Shown: piece by piece, positions 28,405 to 39,055 of the stretch
Layout of the letters: each line of letters opens with the position of its first letter
Numbering within the stretch: the stretch's first letter is position 1
Assembly: GCA_016699975.1 (NCBI GenBank)
Contig: CP064994.1
Span: forward strand, 711,828 to 775,827
Reading direction: 5' to 3'
DNA length: 64,000 bases
DNA from: Candidatus Moraniibacteriota bacterium
GTDB lineage: Bacteria > Patescibacteriota > Minisyncoccia > Moranbacterales > UBA1568
Notes under the pieces: generated by a model
Seen by the model: the letters and a program-made list of their open reading frames with translations, nothing else
What the model was told of the DNA's origin: nothing
The model's database searches: none
Translations under genes and position numbers: made by a program

Positions 28405-29340
28405 TCAAAAGCCGACCATCTGCACTTCTTCCCGAAGAATAATACCGAGCTCCGAACGAACTTTTTGCTTCACAACACTCGCGAGAATGAGAATATTTTC
28501 CGCCGTAGCAGTTCCGACATTGAGCAGATAATTTGGATGAATATCACTCACGCGCGCACCACCGATTTGTTTGCCGCGGAGTCCCACATAGTCGATAAGC
28601 CAGCCGGCAGGAAGCTTTTCATCCTTCACGACCATACCCGTCTCTTTTTCAAATTCCTCACGAAGCCTTGCATCCTTGACGGGCGGATTCATGAAAAATG
28701 ATCCAGCACACAAAAGACGCTGTGGATGTTTTTGTTCGCGCGTTGCAATTGTCTCGCGCATAATTCTTTCGAGAACGGCAGGATCCGCACCCGGCTGCAA
28801 AAGAAAATGTGCCGACACAACGACATATTCGGGATGCTGCTTAAAAAGACTCGAGCGATAGCGAAATTCGCAGGCAGCGCGTTCGCGATGTTCGAAGGTA
28901 AGCGTGCGCCGATCGAGTATCCGAACCGACGCGACTGCCTGTGCAGTTTCCGCGCCAAAGGCACCTGCATTTCCCCGGACCGCTCCTCCCACTGTACCGG
29001 GAATACCAGCAAGTCGTTCGAGACCAGAAAGACCGTGCTCTTTCGCGTACTCAAGAAGCGCATGGAGTGACGCACTCGCGCCAACACTGAGCTGTCCCGG
29101 CGCCACTTCGCGCATGTCGACACACTCCATTTTTATTACCAACCCTTCCCAACCGCGATCCGAAAAGAGCACATTGCTTCCTCCTCCCAAGACAAAGACC
29201 GGCTCATTGTTTTGGTTTGCCCACTTAAATCCGTCCAGCAAATCTTGTTCCGAAGTCGCACGGAAAAAAAAGCGCGTCTTTCCTCCCACCCGAAATGTGG
29301 TGAACGAATGGAGATCAACATTTTCTTCAACATGGATCAT
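28405..29340 (-). CDS. murB: UDP-N-acetylenolpyruvoylglucosamine reductase
   Basis: FAD-binding N terminus (FTTFRVGGKTRFF...VLGGGSNVLF) and MurB C-terminal domain. The likely start is the MIHVEEN methionine. Confidence 0.85.
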   Translation of the reverse strand: MIHVEENVDLHSFTTFRVGGKTRFFFRATSEQDLLDGFKWANQNNEPVFVLGGGSNVLFSDRGWEGLVIKMECVDMREVAPGQLSVGASASLHALLEYAKEHGLSGLERLAGIPGTVGGAVRGNAGAFGAETAQAVASVRILDRRTLTFEHRERAACEFRYRSSLFKQHPEYVVVSAHFLLQPGADPAVLERIMRETIATREQKHPQRLLCAGSFFMNPPVKDARLREEFEKETGMVVKDEKLPAGWLIDYVGLRGKQIGGARVSDIHPNYLLNVGTATAENILILASVVKQKVRSELGIILREEVQMVGF

Positions 29341-29371
29341 AGTAGAGAAGGACAATACAATAAAAGAAGTA

Positions 29372-30791
29372 TCACAGCGATACCGAAACAAGTTCTTTCC
29401 CAATTTTCCACACATCGCCCGCTCCGAGCGTTACGAGAAGATCGTCTTTTCCCACCCTTGAGGAAAAATGAGCAATCACGTCTTCTTGTGTTGGAAGGTA
29501 CATCGCTTTATTTCGAGAATAGCGATTCATCAGCGTTACCATCTCGTGAGAAGAAACACCTCCCGCCGTTTCGCGGGCGCTTCCATAAATATCAAGGACG
29601 GCAACCTGGTCTGCGGCATCGAAGCTCTGGGCAAATTCAGGAAGAAGCGCTTTGGTACGAGAAAACGTATGTGGGTGGAATACCGCAATAATATTTTTTT
29701 CTGGGAAAAGTTCGCGGAATGCCGAAAGTGTTGATTTTATTTCTTCCGGATGATGCGCATAGTCATCATAGATGACTGCTCCGTTTCGCTCCCCAACATA
29801 TTCGAATCTTCGAGCGGTGCCGAAAAAGTTTTCCATGCCGACACGAATCGCATCGACATCAAATTTGAGGGCCCGAAGCAGCGTAACAACTGCACAAGCA
29901 TTGAGCGCATTATGCCGACCTGCGAGTCGCAGGCGAAATGTGCCCAAATCTTCTTCCCCTTCGAAGAGGCGGAACGATTGATGAAATGGTCCTTCGAGTA
30001 TTGGAGCATATTCGGAAATTCTTATATCGTTTCCGGGAAGAAAACCGTAGGAACGTTTTTCCGCTCGGGCGGACTTTGCGACGTCGAGCACTGCCGCACT
30101 GTCTCCCCAAAACACCAGAAAGCCGTGGGAGGGGATGCGCGAGACAAGTTTTCGAAACACTTCTGTATACGAGGCCATATCAGGAAAGAAGTCGGGGTGA
30201 TCCCAATCAAGACTCGTGAGAAGAACGCTCCAGGGAGTATAGTATTCGAATTTATTCTGATATTCATCGGCCTCCGCTACAAAATACAAACCCGCCCCCG
30301 GAAGCGCATTTCCGCCCCAGGAAGAAATTTTGCTCCCAACAAGCGCGAGCGGATCAACACCCAAAAATTTGAGTGTTTCCGAAAGAAGCGCGCTGGTCGT
30401 CGTCTTGCCGTGCGTCCCCCGTCACCAAAATTGAGAGTCGTTCTCGTGTGAGCGCCCCAACTGCTTCGGGATAGCTCATCACCCTCACCCCTTCTCGCGC
30501 GAAGGCACTCGCGAGTTCCGCATTTGTATCCGGTTTGTACGCGGTCGAACACACAATTGTATCGCTATCTTGAGGAATATTCCTCGGGTCGAATCCCTCA
30601 ATCGGCTTTATGCCACGCTTTGCAAGCACATCGTCGGTAAAAAATCGTTCACTCGTATCGGATCCGGTCACACGTATGCCTCGTGACGAGAGAATTTCGG
30701 CAAGAGCAGCCATACCGGCACCTTTGATGCCGATCATATGGACGCGCTTCACAGAAAGAAGAGAGGGTTCTGATTGAGTAAAAGCAATCAT
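29372..30791 (-). CDS. murC: UDP-N-acetylmuramate--L-alanine ligase (split by a +1 insertion in a C5/G5 homopolymer at 30416-30420)
   Basis: N-terminal ORF (HMIGIKGAGMAALAEIL...) and C-terminal ORF (DDYAHHPEEI...) both match MurC. Removing one G from GGGGG restores ...SILVTGTHGKTTTSALLSETLKFLGVDPLALVGS..., a perfect Mur ligase P-loop. Confidence 0.85.
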
Positions 30792-30885
30792 AGATCCAGA
30801 AAAATGGAGAGCTTTACGAGGGGGAAAAAAGATCGACAAAGAAGAGGGAAAGAAAGAGGAGAGGATGCTCCGCAAAGAGATTTTT

Positions 30886-32070
30886 CTAGGAGCGACGCCA
30901 CGACGCTCTCCACAGCAATACCCGATCGAGAAGCGTCTTCCGAAGTTCTTTCTCTCGGATGAGTGAAACGATTCCCTCCGCAATGCGAAGACCCGCGTCT
31001 TCATGATCGAAGGTTTTCATTGCTTCTCCCATCCGGAGACGAAGCTGATCTTCCATAAGGAGTTGCTCAATTTTCCCGAACAACATATTCTCTCCGAGAT
31101 TTCCCTCTTCGAGAACGAGGGCACCGCCGACGCGCGCCATTTCGTAGGCATTCATGCGCTGTTCATCGTTTGCGGCGGACGGAAGCGGAATGAGAATGGC
31201 CGGCTTCCCTACCGCCGCGATTTCGGAAATCACATTCGCTCCCGCTCGAGAGACCACGAGATCGGCAAGAGCAAGGGCGTCGGAAAGCTCTCCGGTATCC
31301 AAGAACCCCGAGAAAAAGTATCGGCCCGAGAGATCTCCCAATGCGAGTTCATTTACTTGCTTCGTTACCTCCTCGTAATTCCCCGCACCGGTTTGATGAA
31401 TCACAAAAAACTTTTCAAGAAGGCGAGGCAAGATACGAATGAGTGCAGCATTCACCGCGCGAGCGCCGAGACTACCCCCCACAAAAAAAATCGCGAGTTT
31501 TCCTGGCGGACATCCGAATCGCTCTCGGGCGCGCGAAGCGGAACCTGTTCGAATTCCTTCGCGCACTGGATTTCCGGTAATTGCGACACGCCGCGCCTCA
31601 AAGAAGCGTGCGGCCGAGGGATACGCGACTGCGATTCGATTGGCAAATTTTCCCATGATTTTGTTGGCGACTCCTGGCGTCGCATCGGAATCATGGGTGA
31701 CGAGAGGAATGCGATATATCCACGCCGCAAACACCACCGGCACCGCCGCATACGCCCCTTTCGAAAACACCGCTTCCGGCATGTATCGGTACAGAAAATA
31801 GAGAGATTGAAAAAATCCCGCGATATTTTTGAAAATATCCGTCATATTTCGAAAGTCGAAGGGACGGCGCCATTTTCCGGAGAGCACTTTCTTCGAAGCA
31901 ATGCCCGACTCCCCGATAATCTTTTTTTCGAGCGCTCCCGTCGGACCCAGGTACAGAAACTCTGTTTCAGGTCCAAGAAGACCGCGCAGCTCCTTTGCAA
32001 TCGAAACAAGCGGAAAGATATGCCCTCCTGTTCCGCCACCCGCAAGGACGATGCGATATCGCTTTTCCAT
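30886..32070 (-). CDS. murG: undecaprenyldiphospho-muramoylpentapeptide beta-N-acetylglucosaminyltransferase
   Basis: Starts MEKRYRIVLAGGGTGGHIFP (the MurG G-loop) and has a GT28 C-terminal domain. Confidence 0.9.
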   Translation of the reverse strand: MEKRYRIVLAGGGTGGHIFPLVSIAKELRGLLGPETEFLYLGPTGALEKKIIGESGIASKKVLSGKWRRPFDFRNMTDIFKNIAGFFQSLYFLYRYMPEAVFSKGAYAAVPVVFAAWIYRIPLVTHDSDATPGVANKIMGKFANRIAVAYPSAARFFEARRVAITGNPVREGIRTGSASRARERFGCPPGKLAIFFVGGSLGARAVNAALIRILPRLLEKFFVIHQTGAGNYEEVTKQVNELALGDLSGRYFFSGFLDTGELSDALALADLVVSRAGANVISEIAAVGKPAILIPLPSAANDEQRMNAYEMARVGGALVLEEGNLGENMLFGKIEQLLMEDQLRLRMGEAMKTFDHEDAGLRIAEGIVSLIREKELRKTLLDRVLLWRASWRRS

Positions 32071-32110
32071 AGTACATTCTCTTTTTTTGTATCGGGATAT
32101 GAAGGAAAAA

Positions 32111-33254
32111 CTAGACTCTTTTCCCTTCCAGTGTAGATTCTTTCCCGATCCGTATCAAGATGCCCATCGCACAGAGAAGAAACACGACAGACGTCCCGCC
32201 ATAACTCACGAAAGGAAGGGGGATCCCCGTGAGTGGAATAAGGGCAGTCGCAGCGGCAATATTGATAAAAGCCTGGAAGAGAACCCACGCAACAATACCC
32301 GTTGCGACATAACGCCCGAAATCATTGGAGGCATTTTTTGCGATTCGCAGTCCTTGCCAGGCGATGAAAAGAAACATCCCCAGCAAAAGAAGAGAAACAA
32401 GGAACCCCCACTCCTCGGCAAAGACGGCAAAGATAGAATCGGTCACGGGTTCGGGAAGGTAGTTGAACTTTTTGTCGGCTGTAGCCGAGCCCTGCGCCGA
32501 ATATTCCTCCGCTTCCGATCGCTATGAGTGCCTGGTTTACCTGATATCCAGCACCCTGCGGATCAAAGTCAGGATTGAGAAAAACGAGGAAACGCTGCAA
32601 GCGGTACGGTGCCATCCGAATAAGAACGCCGAGAGACACGAGTCCCAAAACAAAAAGGCCAAAGAGGTGCATGAGCCGCGCGCCCGCCACAAAATACATC
32701 GCGAGTGCCACCAAGAAAATAAGCCCGAACGTTCCTGTATCGGGCTGCTTCAAAATAAGAAAACCAAGCAAGCCGACGATCACGAGAAACGGCACAAGAT
32801 CCTCGAAAAAATCTCCCGCGAGCGTTCGCTCCCGACGCGAAAACCACGCTGCAAGGTAAACGATAAATGAGAGTTTGGCCATCTCGGATGGCTGAAAAGA
32901 AAACGGGCCGATCGAAAGCCATCGACTCGCTCCGTAAACGCGCTCGCCAATGCCCGGCAAAAGAACCGCTACCAGCGCAAGGAGTGTCACGAAAAAAAAC
33001 GGCAGAGCAAATGTTCTCCAAAAAGAAATCGACACTCTTTGGAAAAGAAAAAAAGCGATGAGCCCTACCCCGACACCCATAAGCTGTCGCTTCAAAAAGA
33101 AGTAACCGTCTCCGAAACGAGTTTCCGCATAAAACACTCCCGCACTCGCAACAGTCAGAAGACCGATCGCCACCAAGAGGAGGACGACCGCGGAAAGACT
33201 CTTCGTATGAACAGCTCTCGAAGATTTCATGGGCATGTCCGAAATTCCTTTCAA
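32111..33254 (-). CDS. ftsW: SEDS-family cell division protein FtsW/RodA (split by a +1 insertion in a T5/A5 homopolymer at 32469-32473)
   Basis: The N-terminal ORF reads TM helices up to GLGYSRQK, and the C-terminal ORF reads DSIFAVFAEEWGF...PLPFVSYGGTS. Removing one A gives SRQKFNYLPEPVTDSIFAV, the canonical SEDS motif. Confidence 0.8.
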
Positions 33255-33443
33255 AAAATCTTCTCGTTACACCGCAATCACGATTCGATCGAGAAGCACT
33301 TTTGAAAATGCTCGGGCTCGTCTTTAGATATTGTTTTATTCATCGCGAGAACTTTCCAAGGAAAACGAGAGGAAGAGAAATGGAGGAGAACTGTTTCTCT
33401 TCTCGTGAAGCAGGAAACACGAAGAGCGGCAAACCAGCAAAAC

Positions 33444-34156
33444 TCACGTCGAAAAAGAGGCTTGAGGTGAATCGGCATCCTCTGTACGGGAAGAAGTTGT
33501 GCGGCGCTCAGCGCGTCGCCACGCTTCGATGGCCGCGTGATTCCCGCTTAGAAGCACGTCGGGAACACACCAGCCGTTAAAACATTCGGGTTTCGTATAC
33601 TGCGGATACTCGAGCACCCCTTCTTCGGCATGCGATTCGGTCTTGGCGCTTTCTCCATTCCCGAGCACGCCCGGAACGAGACGCGCGATTGCATCAGCCA
33701 CAACGAGCGCCGCGAGTTCACCTCCCGTCAACACAAAATCTCCGATCGAGAGTTCTTCGTCCGCAACATGCTCTGCCACGCGCTCGTCGACGCCTTCGTA
33801 TCGTCCGCAAATAAAAATAAGTTGATCGTATGCAAGAAGGCGCTTCGCATCTTTTGAGAGAAGCGCTGTCCCTTCGCCGACAAGAGGATGACTCGCGTAC
33901 GCGAAAGCTTCCCTGATTCGTTTTCCAAAGATCGAACCGCTTCAACAGCCCGGAATATCGGCTCTCCCTTAAGCACCATGCCCGCCCCCCCACCGTAGGG
34001 CGTGTCGTCCGCTTTGTGGTGCTTATCGGTCGTAAAATCACGGATATCGTGAACGGAAAAAAAGAGGAGTCCTTTCTCTTGCGCGCGCTTCAAAATAGAT
34101 TCGCCAAGATACGGCAAACACATGTTCGGAAAAAGCGTGAGAATATCGAATCGCAT
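33444..34156 (-). CDS. trmD: tRNA (guanine37-N1)-methyltransferase (fragmented by frameshift(s))
   Basis: N-terminal [15 protein letters not shown]...[18 protein letters not shown], and a C-terminal ORF in another frame ([30 protein letters not shown]...NHAAIEAWR). Together they match the TrmD SPOUT fold. Confidence 0.75.
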
Positions 34157-34236
34157 ATCCGCATAGTATCACGCCTCTGACCGTCAAAAAAGAGAAACCC
34201 CTCACACGTGTGTGAGGGGACAATTACATTTCTCTC

Positions 34237-34536
34237 CTACCTTGGGGGAGGAAATAAATAAAATGGAAACAGGGGCGGACCAAAATTATGTTGCTCACGA
34301 AGATTATTTCTTCTCATTCTCTCCCAGTTCTTTTTCCTTTGCTGTCGTATACTTTTCCAATCATCACAGTCACGGTATTCAAAGCAGCGACACCTCCAAA
34401 AGCTATCTCCATCAAGACCTCGACAGACATCTGTCCTTCGATGGCCATAATGTGGATATTCCTCCTGCCATAACGGAGAAGCAGAGGATAAAGATGTAGC
34501 CAATAAACAAAGAATACCTACAACAAAAGCTTTCAC
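34237..34536 (-). CDS. small secreted Cys-rich protein (GTG start)
   Basis: AAGGAG RBS six nucleotides upstream of GTG. Signal-peptide-like N terminus (V)KAFVVGILCLLATSLSSASP. The mature part has six Cys and ends Pro/Phe-rich. About 99 aa. Confidence 0.4.
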   Translation of the reverse strand: MKAFVVGILCLLATSLSSASPLWQEEYPHYGHRRTDVCRGLDGDSFWRCRCFEYRDCDDWKSIRQQRKKNWERMRRNNLREQHNFGPPLFPFYLFPPPR

Positions 34537-34687
34537 TGTTTTCTCCTTTCCCCAAAATAAAGAGGGGAAATAAAAGTTGAAGGAACTACACGAGCATTCT
34601 CTTCGTAACAAAAAGGGGAGAGTTGTCCAGAGGACATCATTTTCTTTCTTTCCTTTTCGAGTTGTCTGTGCTGGCCTCGAGGAGCAC

Positions 34688-34716
34688 AAAGAGGCGGGAC
34701 GAACCCGCCTCTTTTT
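34688..34716. terminator. GC-rich hairpin terminator downstream of dnaK
   Basis: aaagaggcggg-acgaac-cccgcctcttt, 25 bp after the dnaK stop. It is followed by T-runs on the plus strand and a CUCUUU tail on the minus-strand transcript. Confidence 0.4.
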
Positions 34717-34741
34717 CTCGTGAATCCGAAACTGATTCTCG

Positions 34742-36649
34742 CTATGCCTTCGTTTCGCGCTCTACCTCCGCATCTTTTGGCTCCCCTTCGGGCGTAGAAG
34801 GAGCTTCCGACGATCCGGCCTTTTCCGGACCCGAGGAAGTATTTTCTGATGCCGCTTTGTAGAGCTTCTCACCGATTTTCTGCGCCGCTTCGGAGAGTTT
34901 CTGCGAGGCCTTCCGAATCGATTCGAGATCGTCGCCGTTTTTCACAGCATTCAATTCGGTGATCGCTTCTTCGACCGGTTTCTTTTCATCTCCCGATACT
35001 TTGTCTCCCGCGTCGCGAAGCGCTTTCTCAGTCGTATACACCAAACTGTCTGCCATATTTCTCGTCTCAACGAGTTCCTTCTTTCGCTTGTCTTCCTCGG
35101 CATGAAGTTCGGCGTCTTTTTTCATGCGTTCGATTTCTTCTTTCGATAGTCCCGTCGACGACTCAATGCGAATAGATTGCGTTTTATTAGTTGCTTTATC
35201 CTTTGCGGTTACGGAAAGAATCCCGTTCGCGTCGATATCAAAGGAAACTTCGATCTGCGGAATGCCGCGCGGCGCAGGCGGAATGCCGTCTAAGATAAAT
35301 CGCCCAAGCGATTTGTTATCGGCAGCCGTTTCACGCTCGCCCTGAAGCACATGAATCTCGACAGAAGGCTGACTATCAGCCGCCGTCGAAAACGTTTTCG
35401 ACTGAGAGATCGGCACCGCCGAGTTCGCATCAATAATTGGCGTTCGCATTCCACCCAAAGTTTCGATCCCAAGCGTAAGGGGGGTGACATCAAGAAGCAG
35501 CACGTCTTTTACCGATCCTTTCAAGACCCCTCCCTGGATCGCCGCACCGACTGCCACCACTTCGTCGGGGTTTACCGAAATGTCCGGCTTCTTCCCAAAA
35601 AACTCTTCTACCGTTTTGAGGACAAGCGGCATCCGGGTCATCCCTCCTACCATCACTACTTCGTTGATATCGGACTTGGAAAATCCCGCGTCGTGAAGTG
35701 CCTTTTTCACGGGTTCGAGGGTTGCCATCACAAGATCGTGCACTAACTCTTCCAGTTTTGCGCGCGTAAGTTTCATGACGAGATGCTTCGGACCCGAAGT
35801 ATCGCTTGTGATGAACGGCTGGTTGATTTCAGTGTCCTGTGCGGTCGAGAGTTCGATTTTCGCCTTTTCCGCAGATTCCTTAATGCGCTGGAGCGCCAAT
35901 GGATCTTTCGAAAGGTCGATACCTTCTTGTTTTTTAAATTCATCAAGAATCCAGTGAATCACTTTTTGATCGAAGTCATCACCGCCCAAGTGGGTGTCAC
36001 CATTGGTCGATCGCACTTCTACCGTATCGGCCGCTACTTCGAGAATAGAAATATCAAAAGTTCCACCGCCAAGATCATAGACGGCGATTTTCTCATCTTG
36101 TTTCTTGTTGAAGCCGTAGGCAAGCGCCGCCGCCGTCGGTTCATTGATGATGCGCCGCACCGTGAGTCCGGCGATTTCCCCCGCTTCTTTCGTTGCCTTT
36201 CGTTGTGAGTCGTCGAAATATGCGGGAACCGTGATCACCGCTTCCGTAATTTTTTCTCCCAACCGATCTTCGGCATCAGTCTTCAGTTTTTGAAGAATCA
36301 TCGCCGAAATTTCTTGCGGGGAATATTCCTTGCCGCCCATCACCACTTTTACTCCCTCGCCTGCCTTCACGATTTTGTAGGGGAGCGTTTTGCGGTCTCG
36401 TTCCACTTCCGGGTCGTCGAATCGTCGTCCGATAAGGCGCTTGATGGAGAAAAGCGTATTCTCCGGATTCGTGACGGCCTGACGCTTCGCGAGAAGTCCC
36501 ACGAGTCGCTCACCGGTTTTTGAAATTGCCACCATCGATGGCGTCGTGCGATTCCCTTCTTTATTTTCTACGATCGTCGGAGTTCCTCCTTCGACAAACG
36601 CCATCGCCGAATTCGTCGTTCCAAGATCGATACCAAGTATTTTACTCAT
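34742..36649 (-). CDS. dnaK: molecular chaperone DnaK (Hsp70)
   Basis: 635 aa. [16 protein letters not shown] and the other Hsp70 signatures are present. Confidence 0.95.
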   Translation of the reverse strand: MSKILGIDLGTTNSAMAFVEGGTPTIVENKEGNRTTPSMVAISKTGERLVGLLAKRQAVTNPENTLFSIKRLIGRRFDDPEVERDRKTLPYKIVKAGEGVKVVMGGKEYSPQEISAMILQKLKTDAEDRLGEKITEAVITVPAYFDDSQRKATKEAGEIAGLTVRRIINEPTAAALAYGFNKKQDEKIAVYDLGGGTFDISILEVAADTVEVRSTNGDTHLGGDDFDQKVIHWILDEFKKQEGIDLSKDPLALQRIKESAEKAKIELSTAQDTEINQPFITSDTSGPKHLVMKLTRAKLEELVHDLVMATLEPVKKALHDAGFSKSDINEVVMVGGMTRMPLVLKTVEEFFGKKPDISVNPDEVVAVGAAIQGGVLKGSVKDVLLLDVTPLTLGIETLGGMRTPIIDANSAVPISQSKTFSTAADSQPSVEIHVLQGERETAADNKSLGRFILDGIPPAPRGIPQIEVSFDIDANGILSVTAKDKATNKTQSIRIESSTGLSKEEIERMKKDAELHAEEDKRKKELVETRNMADSLVYTTEKALRDAGDKVSGDEKKPVEEAITELNAVKNGDDLESIRKASQKLSEAAQKIGEKLYKAASENTSSGPEKAGSSEAPSTPEGEPKDAEVERETKA

Positions 36650-36708
36650 ATGACCTGCCTTTAAAGATATTAATAATCACATTTTCACTTCTCTTTCCTT
36701 TCTCTTTT

Positions 36709-36735
36709 CGTCCCTCGAAATGCTTTCGAGGGACG
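36709..36735. promoter_or_regulatory. perfect 12-bp stem-loop between hsp20 and dnaK
   Basis: cgtccctcgaaa-tgc-tttcgagggacg. No U-tract on either strand. Possible processing or attenuation element within the operon. Confidence 0.3.
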
Positions 36736-36752
36736 CCGAAGAAACGGGAAGT

Positions 36753-37166
36753 CTACTTCACATTGACCGCGATTCGTTTCGGCTTCACTTCTTCCGCCTT
36801 GGGAACGGTGATGGTGAGAAGTCCCTTTTCATAGGAAGCATCCGCCCGATCGCCTTCCACTTTCATCGGAAGAATAATGGAGCGAGAGAATTCGCCGCGG
36901 TGAATTTCTTTGCGATAGTAGTCTTCGCGCTTCACCTCACTTTTCTCTTCGCTCGCGCCAGACACCGTGAGCACGTCGTTCTCAATCATGATGCTTACCT
37001 TCGTCGGATCGATATCCGGAAGTTGAAAATCAACGATCACGTTGTCTTTGTCTTGACGGATATCAACGGCGGGAGCAAACCCGCGCGCCCACACGTCTTC
37101 GTCAAAGAAACGATCAAGTTCGCGCATCGGTGACCAGTGAATAATACCTCGAGTCATAGTACTCAC
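36753..37166 (-). CDS. Hsp20/alpha-crystallin family small heat shock protein
   Basis: 137 aa with an alpha-crystallin domain (VDIRQDKDNVIVDFQLPDIDPTKVSIMIENDVLTVSG...GEFSRSIILP...ADASYEKGLLTITVPK). GGAGGTGA RBS. Confidence 0.85.
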   Translation of the reverse strand: MSTMTRGIIHWSPMRELDRFFDEDVWARGFAPAVDIRQDKDNVIVDFQLPDIDPTKVSIMIENDVLTVSGASEEKSEVKREDYYRKEIHRGEFSRSIILPMKVEGDRADASYEKGLLTITVPKAEEVKPKRIAVNVK

Positions 37167-37422
37167 CTCCTTTCTAGAAAAATATTTTCATGTTTTTTAC
37201 GATCTCATGTTTCTCTCACTGCTTTCATCGAAGAGCGCCACAGTAACAGTGCGCATCTCTTTTTCGGAATGTTCTACAACAACTTGAGTGGAAGCGTGGA
37301 GCGAGAGTGAGTGAGATCCCATATTCGCCAAGAGAAATTCTTAGCCCTCTCATCCTTCTTAATGTTCTGTCCCTTCTCCAACACCTCCGCACCCTTTTCG
37401 CCGTCCCACTTTCGAATTTTCA

Positions 37423-38292
37423 TCAGCTCGTTACTACCTTCGCCGGACGAACTACACGCGTGCCGATCAGGTATCCTGGCTGAAGCATCCGAACAATCTT
37501 TCCTTCATTTCCTTCTCCTTCTCGACTCACCGCCTCGTGCCGATGCGGATCAAATTCTTCGCCTTCTTTCGCTTCGAATTTGACAAGACCCTGACGCTCA
37601 AGCATTTCTTCTATCTGCTTGCCAATATAGGTAAGTCCCGTCATCCACGAATTTTCTTTCTCACTCTCTGGGACATGGAGCGCCGCAGCGCGAAAGTTAT
37701 CGAGAATCGGTATCATCTCGAGCGAAAATCGCTCAGTGCACCGTGAAGAAAGTTCTTTCATTCGCTCCTCTTGCCGGCGTTTGTAATTTTCGAAGTCCGC
37801 AGAAATACGTTTCACATCATTCAAGTATCCATCCTCCCGGAGCCGCTCCATGGCGAGTGTCACAAAATACTTCACCATCTCTCCGTATTCTTCTGTGCTC
37901 TCCACTCCTTCGGCATTCACCCATCGATATTCGTCATACGCTACACCAAGCTGAATGTCCCCCGAGAGAAAAGAAGTAAGAGAGCCGATCACAATGACTC
38001 GTTCCCCCGAATATTCCGCCGGAAATACTCCGACAAATTTCGGAACGTCAACTTGTATATCTCCCACCGCCTTTGCTTCGATATCTCCTTCCGGAAAATC
38101 CCAGGCGCCGTACTTTTGGGCAAAAGAGGTGCTGGTATCCGCGGAGTGAAGGAGGAGAAACGCGTTTTTCTCAGCGTGAAAAATAATCAGTCTGTGTGAC
38201 ACTTCAAACAATTCCCGTTTGCTGGGGACACTCGTTTTTTCATGTGCGATTTTTGTATGCATATGTGTGGAGGTCAAAAATTTTCTGAGCAC
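37423..38292 (-). CDS. grpE: nucleotide exchange factor GrpE, with an approximately 150-aa in-frame N-terminal extension
   Basis: The C-terminal 150 aa are canonical GrpE (ISADFENYKRRQEE...LDNFRAA...QPGYLIGTRVVRPAKV). The in-frame upstream region (LLLHSADT...GAWDFPEGDIEAKAVG) has faint Nudix-like character. No stop codon separates the two parts. Confidence 0.7.
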   Translation of the reverse strand: MLRKFLTSTHMHTKIAHEKTSVPSKRELFEVSHRLIIFHAEKNAFLLLHSADTSTSFAQKYGAWDFPEGDIEAKAVGDIQVDVPKFVGVFPAEYSGERVIVIGSLTSFLSGDIQLGVAYDEYRWVNAEGVESTEEYGEMVKYFVTLAMERLREDGYLNDVKRISADFENYKRRQEERMKELSSRCTERFSLEMIPILDNFRAAALHVPESEKENSWMTGLTYIGKQIEEMLERQGLVKFEAKEGEEFDPHRHEAVSREGEGNEGKIVRMLQPGYLIGTRVVRPAKVVTS

Positions 38293-39035
38293 TGAGAGAA
38301 CACAACGAGGAGAAGGGTTCCCCCAGATCCGCCAATCATGCGTCGCATATATTCGAGGAGGGATTTATTCTTCGCATAGCGCATACGCTTCGGGCCGATG
38401 ATTGCCAGTACCCCGCGATCTCCGTCCGCATTTCGATATGGCGAAACCATCATGGAGCAGTTGGAGATTTCTTTAATCGGATTCTCGGCACCGATAAAAA
38501 TTTGAATCTCACCATCTTTCATTTTAAGAAGAAGCTGATCAAGCTTCTCATCAATCGAATCGAGCGCTTCGACCAATCGACAAACTTCGTCGAGCTCCCG
38601 AAACTCCGGCTCTTCGATAAGTTCCTTCATGCCGAAATCGTAGAACTCGTCGCGATTCACTACTCCCGACACCGCAAGACTCCCGGAAAGCGTCGATAAC
38701 AATTTCGCCGTCGTCCGCGCCAGTCGCGCGTTACGCGCTTCGAGGACCAAGAGTTCTTTTTTAAGTTGTGCTTCTTCTTCTTTCGAGAGCGTTTCCTCCT
38801 TCATGCCATGCTCGATATAGAAGCGGTATCCTTTGTCGGTTGGGATCCGTCCCGAAGAAACGTGCGGCTGATAGAGATACCCTTCTTCTTCGAGTGCCGC
38901 CATATCATTTCGTACGGTCGCGGCGGAAACCGGGAATTTAAAACGAGACAGAAGGGCTTCCGATCCAACAGGGAGCGCACTCTTCGTGTAGAGCTCGATT
39001 ACTCCCGCCAAAATGTCCGTTTGCCTTCGATTCAT
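38274..39035 (-). CDS. hrcA: heat-inducible transcription repressor HrcA
   Basis: The N-terminal winged helix (ILAGVIELYTKSALPVGSEALLSRFKFPVSAATVRNDMAALEEEGYL) and overall 253-aa architecture match HrcA. Confidence 0.85.
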   Translation of the reverse strand: MNRRQTDILAGVIELYTKSALPVGSEALLSRFKFPVSAATVRNDMAALEEEGYLYQPHVSSGRIPTDKGYRFYIEHGMKEETLSKEEEAQLKKELLVLEARNARLARTTAKLLSTLSGSLAVSGVVNRDEFYDFGMKELIEEPEFRELDEVCRLVEALDSIDEKLDQLLLKMKDGEIQIFIGAENPIKEISNCSMMVSPYRNADGDRGVLAIIGPKRMRYAKNKSLLEYMRRMIGGSGGTLLLVVFSQCSENF

Positions 39036-39055
39036 AGCCCCAGTATATCATGAAA

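Noticed and set aside
31003-32136. 377-aa plus-strand ORF
   Set aside because: Antisense to murG. Arg-rich low-complexity translation.
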